Part shown: piece by piece, positions 58,908 through 64,000 of the stretch
How the letters are laid out: every line of letters begins with the position of its first letter
Position numbering within the stretch: position 1 is the first letter of the stretch
From: Anthoceros angustus
Taxonomy: Eukaryota > Plantae > Anthocerotophyta
Assembly: GCA_010909165.1 (NCBI GenBank)
Contig: MU008165.1
Location: 744,001-808,000, forward strand
DNA length: 64,000 nt
Reading direction: 5' to 3'
Notes under the pieces: model-generated
What the model was told of the DNA's origin: nothing
Databases searched by the model: none
What the model saw: only the letters and a program-made list of their open reading frames with translations
Program-made: the position numbers and the translations under genes

Positions 58908-61859
58908 CCCCCCACTAAGAACTTTCCCAATCAGCTCCCGTGTGTCTTTTGCAAATATAAGCTCATACTCCTCACACAAAAGGCACCCCATCTCGAGTCT
59001 GATCCCCATAGGACGCTTAACTAGAGTTCTTATATCCATATCCAACACACCAAGTTCCTTGTGCATTTGCCACATACATTTTAGTGTCATTATTGAACTC
59101 CTCACCAAGCTCTTCTCCACATTTCTCCTTAGCGAACTCCTTGACCAACTCTCGAATCAGCCTACCTTGCTGCCCAATTCTCCTCGCCACCTCCCTTCAC
59201 ACCTACTTGCAGCCCAAGCGAATTTTGCCTTCATGATGCACACCCATTGCGATTCCTTCACCATATTGCAGCCCATCTGCAATACCGCCTTCTGTGCCAC
59301 CTCCATCTTGCAGCCCAAATTCAGCTTGCCATGAGAGCTCTACCATGGCCTCTCCTAGTTCAACACACGGCCCTATCATGCCATCCTCACATCATTACTC
59401 CACTGCAAGTACTTCCACATGCTTCGGCACTGCCATGGCCTCCTCTTGCAAATGACTAGCATTCGGTGCACCATAACTTCAGCTCTCTTCTCTGTCTTCT
59501 TCATCCTTCGCCTTGTGGCCTTCACCGCAACATGTGCTAGGCACTCCACCCCCTTCCCCTTACCAGGCTGCCTACCTACCCCACTCACCCTTGTACGTGT
59601 TGTTCCTATCACGGTAGGGTGTGCACCTACCATGGTAGGCGTCTCCCTATACACCATTTGGCCCTATCCGGCTGCATCTCTTGAGCTCCTCTGGGGCTCG
59701 CTCATGGAGGTTTCCTCCTCCTCAGAACCCCTGTTCTACCACTTCCTCCTCTTCCTTCGCAGTCCTCCAGCCAGCACTGACGATGCCTCCTCCGAGTCAT
59801 AAAAGGCAATGGTCTTTCCATGCTTGGCCTGAGATGGACAATCTTGAATGGATGCCAAGAACCTTCCAGCTCCTTGCAATTTCCACACACACACCCCGGC
59901 CTTGACCTCGCCCTTGCTCACAATTCCCCTAGCTCTTATACCCTTGCTTTTCCCGCACGAGTTTCCAATTGCTGTGATTTCGAAAGAAGGAATTCTCTAA
60001 GGGCGTTCCACGGATTCTTACATCTTCTCCAGCAAGTTGAGAGTCCCTTCTCCGCAATTTCTCTTCAATTTTGACATGCCTTGCTCTTCCCAACACTCCT
60101 TTGGGCTTGGGCAAGCATTGCCTCCTTCCTTCCACCCCGGCCCTTTCCTTCCTTCTTCTTCTTGTTGCACCCCTACTTGTCTTGCCTATTTTCCTCCTCT
60201 GCTGCCTAGCTTGCGCCCCTCTTCTCTATCCCTGCACAGGCGCACGTACATCGCAATACTGTGTGGGGCTCTTCTACAACTCTTGGTGTGGCGGCGCCTT
60301 CCTGCAGTGTTGGCGCTTCCTCACCTTCAAGTTGTGACCTCCTACACACATGCAGCAGATTATAAAGATAACTTGGGGGTTAGGAATGGTAACTACCAAT
60401 CTACTCTACCCTTGGATATGCACCACGTGGCACCTTTTCCACAGTTGATTGGAGTTTCCCAATTCCTCTTATACTAAGATACTATTCCCCTAGTTTCCTA
60501 ACGCCCAATCTAGCTTTTAATTTCCTATTCTCGACCCATTTATCTAGTCCACTATTGGTGGGCATATAGTGGATATCTCCCTATCCTAATTTCCCTTTAG
60601 TTTAGACGCCTCACTGTAGTCCGCCAAACCCTGCAGTAGTCCGCCTCTTCCTCTCGCCCCACGGCAGTGTGGCAGCCTCACGCGTAGTCTCTGTACCACC
60701 GCCTTCGCTGCCTTCCTGCTTAGGGTCATTTTGACCTGCTTTTCCCCGAGATATCCTCTCCGCCTCCTAACAAGATCCTACAACTCAGCTTCAAGGATTT
60801 TAAAATTCCTAGCATGATCCCCTTCAATCGATTTTTAGCCAAAAAATCAAGTTCGCTCTTCTCCTACTGCTTGGGCTGGTTGCCCAAACTTTTGCATTCC
60901 ACACCACGGCAGGTGGAGGAGCAGGGGGACCGCTGGAGGTGGAAGTGGCACATATGTGGGTGTTGTTGGGAACACATCGTCCTCAAAGGTAGTGACAATA
61001 AGTGGGCGAGGCATCTCGTGTTCGTCTTGGTTAGGATCTGTAGAAAGAGCACCAAGAAGGGAAGCTTCATCAAAAATCACATTACAGGCAAGGGTGAAAG
61101 TCCTGTTTTGGCGATCAAAGAGGCGATAACCCTTCACGCCTGAATCTTCTCCATAGCCCACAAAGGTGAGTTTGATGGAGCGTGGGTCCACTTTCTTCGA
61201 ATCCTCCGTGGAGCATACTTATAAGTCGTGTAATCCAAAGATACGTATGGCTAACAGCTTGGTTTCTTCCCTATCCGTATCTCAAAAGGCGAGTTTCAAT
61301 TGGTAGAAGTCCCGCATGAATTCTGAAGACACAGGGTACAAAGCAGCTGTCACCACATGTAATTTGGGAGGGCAGCCGTAGCAAGAGAACTCTGCACCCC
61401 ATCCACTAGGGATCGATGCCGTCGCTCAGCTTTGCCTAGTTGTTGATGAGAATACGGAACTATCTTCTGATGCTGGATTCCGTGTGACAGGAGATGGCCC
61501 TCAAATAGTGGGGAGGTGAGTTCTCCTGCGTTGTCAATGCGGAAGATCCTAATCTTCTGCCCTGTGTGATTTTCAGCATAGGCTTGAAAGGCTTGAAAGC
61601 TGGGAAAAGCTTCTGGCTTATGTTTCAAGAAATAGAGGTGCGCCCAATAAGTCATCCACAATGAACATGTACATCAATTTGGCCAAAGTGGTCATTCGAT
61701 AGGGGCCACATAGGTCAACATGGACCAATTCAAGCACTCTTGACGTCTGTGTAAGATCGAGGGTAGGGTTGGCTGGTATGTTTGCCAATCACACAGCCAT
61801 GGCAGGAGGTCCCCTTTTAGCAAGTAACCCTAAAACGAGATTTTTGGCATACATTTCGA
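58908..61859 (-). mobile_element. Ty1/Copia fragment C: integrase followed by a non-RT charged ORF region and a PPT
   Basis: 'CHGCVIGKH', 'LELVHVDLCGP', 'FLKHKPEAF...IFRIDNAGEL...VPYSHQQLGKAERRHRSL' (61350-61661), 'FVGYGEDSGVKGYRLFD' (60847-61191). No RT motifs recognised between 60800 and 58908. Confidence 0.75.
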
Positions 61860-64000
61860 TGTTACCAGATATGTTATGTATACCTGTTAAACCGAACGCT
61901 AGTCATTTAGTGGACTAGTTAGGGCTAGACATGTGAATAGTCACATATGAAGTACTTAAACAATTTTTGTATTCAATTAACATTATCAACAATCAAGTTC
62001 AGCTCTCTCGTCTCTACTTGTTCCTCCATATGGTATCAGAGCATGGTACGCATCTTGAGAAAAAACTTTGAAAATGCCAAGGCATGGTAGAAATCGTAGC
62101 GGCCCACGCCGAGGTGAGTCTTCTAGATACAATCATCTAGCAGCACCAAGGCCAGTAGCACCCCTACCTCTAGATACGGTGCTAGACCTCTACGAACATA
62201 ACTACCTTGCCCTCTGGCTACAAAGGTTTGCTGCTCAACGACGTCCTTCATCACCCATGCCTGTGGATTATATTCGAGAAGAAATCAAGAGACCGACCGC
62301 TCTATCGAGAACGCCTGCATGCACTTGGACAAACCCCGATCTCAGACATTACACCTCGACCCGCAAAGATTGGCCTCACCTGCATTTCCTGCTCGCACTG
62401 CTGGAAACACGCGACCTTTTGTCGTTCCAAGGACCGCATAACAGCAAAGAAGAACCACCGAGAGCAAAATGTAATTCAACCCCACACTGAATTAGAGGAG
62501 TTAAGGACAAGACGCAAGAGCTCCTTACCTGTGGAGAGGGTCCGCCCCTTGCTTTCGTGAACTGATTTCTCTCAAGAATGTAATTAGTTTGGATTCACCT
62601 ACGTATCAGCAATTTCTTGCTCAGACCGGCTTCAAAGACATCAACATCACTAATATCTTGCAACAAATGGATCTCAAGCTGGAGGTTCTTGCACAAAATT
62701 GCCTATCTGATAGACCTGGATCCAGCGCTGGAGTTCTGTGAGATCTTCCGCTGCCCGAGAGCGGAGACACCAGAGGCGCAGGGGGAAATTGTTGTTCAGA
62801 TTTGAATCGGTGCAATTTCTGCCTCGCACCTCTTGCTGAATTGTCACCAAACAATCAGATTGGTTAGTGAGTGTCGTTTCACGTGAAAGGGACATGTCAG
62901 TTATTGACTAACCTAATTGAACCGTCATAAAAAAATATAAAGGCATTGTTTTTAGGGTTCCGTCTTGAGTAACGTTTCATACTAGCCTGGAAGGAAAGCT
63001 GAGGAGTTCGACGTGAGCAGAGTATAGCCACCAGCTACCCCCTTCTCTTGTCAATTCCGCCTTCCCTCCTCGTGATACTATGGTCACCCATGAGTACACA
63101 TTACAAGATCCGATGCATGCATACTTACATGTACCGTAAGAGCCATAGCTTTTACTGTCTACCTAAGTGTTCATGTCCAATATTGTAGCATAAACAACGC
63201 CTCAAGAATCAGTGGCAATTAGAACCTAACAACCAGCAGTCATGGCAGCAGCAGTAGTGATTACCCCTTCTTTCACATCAGAACTCAAGGAAAAGACAGG
63301 TTTAAGGGGCATGGCTACCTAGTTTGGAGAGTCCGCATGAAAAGCATGCTAGTAGCACGGGTGTTTGTGGTCGGTCGATGGTACCTCTAAAAGCCGCACT
63401 AAATGCCCCCTACACCTTCACCGCGAAATATCTCTAAATGGATCCGCATAACCAAGATTGGAATGGCCCTTCTCATCGGAGGCCTGGCGTCACCTCGCCC
63501 CTCGGCGGAGTTCTTCACTACTGCACATGAGATCTGGTCCCAACTGGAGAACACGTACAAGATTACCAATGTTCTGACCCTCTGCACAGCTAAACATGAA
63601 TTTTACAGCTTAAGAATGAAAGAGGGGGACAAGGTGGCTCCTTTCTCAAGTAAATTTTGCCACCTGAGGGCACAGATAGCTGCGTTGACTCACAAGCCGA
63701 TGGATGAAGTGGATGCTGTAGCTGAGTTCCTCACTCGCCTTCCTCCTTCATACCAGTCATTTGTTACTAGCCGCAATGCCCCCCGTACACATGCCGCCGT
63801 TTGCTGCTGGTCAACCTGCGGGCCATCACCTCAAGGAGGTGACACATTGTTCCGAGGAGCAAGAGCCGATCTACCGGTGTTCCTAAGAGCAAAGCGGAAA
63901 AGGTGTTAGCTGCGAATTTTGTTCTTCTAACAAGACGAACAAATTCAAGGGGGAGAACAATAATCCTCAAGAGCAAAGAAGTGAATCCTCCAAGCCACTG
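61860..64000 (+). mobile_element. gag: Ty1/Copia element D, 5' part (LTR about 61860-62028, PBS 62031-62042, upstream ORF, Gag); inserted into fragment C and runs off the window
   Basis: TGTTACC...CTCCA then TGGTATCAGAGC (tRNA-iMet PBS); ORF 63403-63909 'AHEIWSQLENTY...KHEFYSLRMKEGDKV...FLTRLPPSYQSFVTS' is a UBN2-type Copia Gag. Confidence 0.88.

Noticed and set aside
61855-61859. TSD for Copia D (TTCGA)
   Set aside because: The 3' end of the element lies outside the window, so it cannot be verified.

Overview
Eukaryotic, plant-type DNA (GT-AG introns, telo-boxes, plant tRNA-Asp and tRNA-iMet primer-binding sites), probably a non-seed land plant such as a bryophyte or fern (inference). The window is almost entirely nested transposable-element sequence, I could not identify any ordinary host gene, and coding regions are heavily frameshifted (decay and/or low-accuracy consensus). 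Left half (1-30 kb): two diverged, inverted copies of a large multi-gene unit. Each copy has an intron-rich Crypton-like (DUF3504-type) tyrosine recombinase gene and a divergently transcribed multi-exon gene of unknown function ('Q'); the right copy also carries unknown ORFs 'P' and 'Z' and a tandem triplication. Homology between the copies stops at the same motif (GCGACTTTACGT), beyond which one copy abuts an unknown spliced gene with a possible ParB-like motif and the other a Sola-like DDE transposase. That transposase is split by a full-length 15.2-kb Ty3/Gypsy element (30553-45797) whose ~4.4-4.6-kb LTRs each contain a promoter plus a long accessory ORF. Right part (48-64 kb): four nested Ty1/Copia elements or fragments, including a complete one (49535-56733, TTGAC TSD). 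Internal coordinates of degraded genes are approximate; all homology calls are from motif recognition by eye, not database searches.
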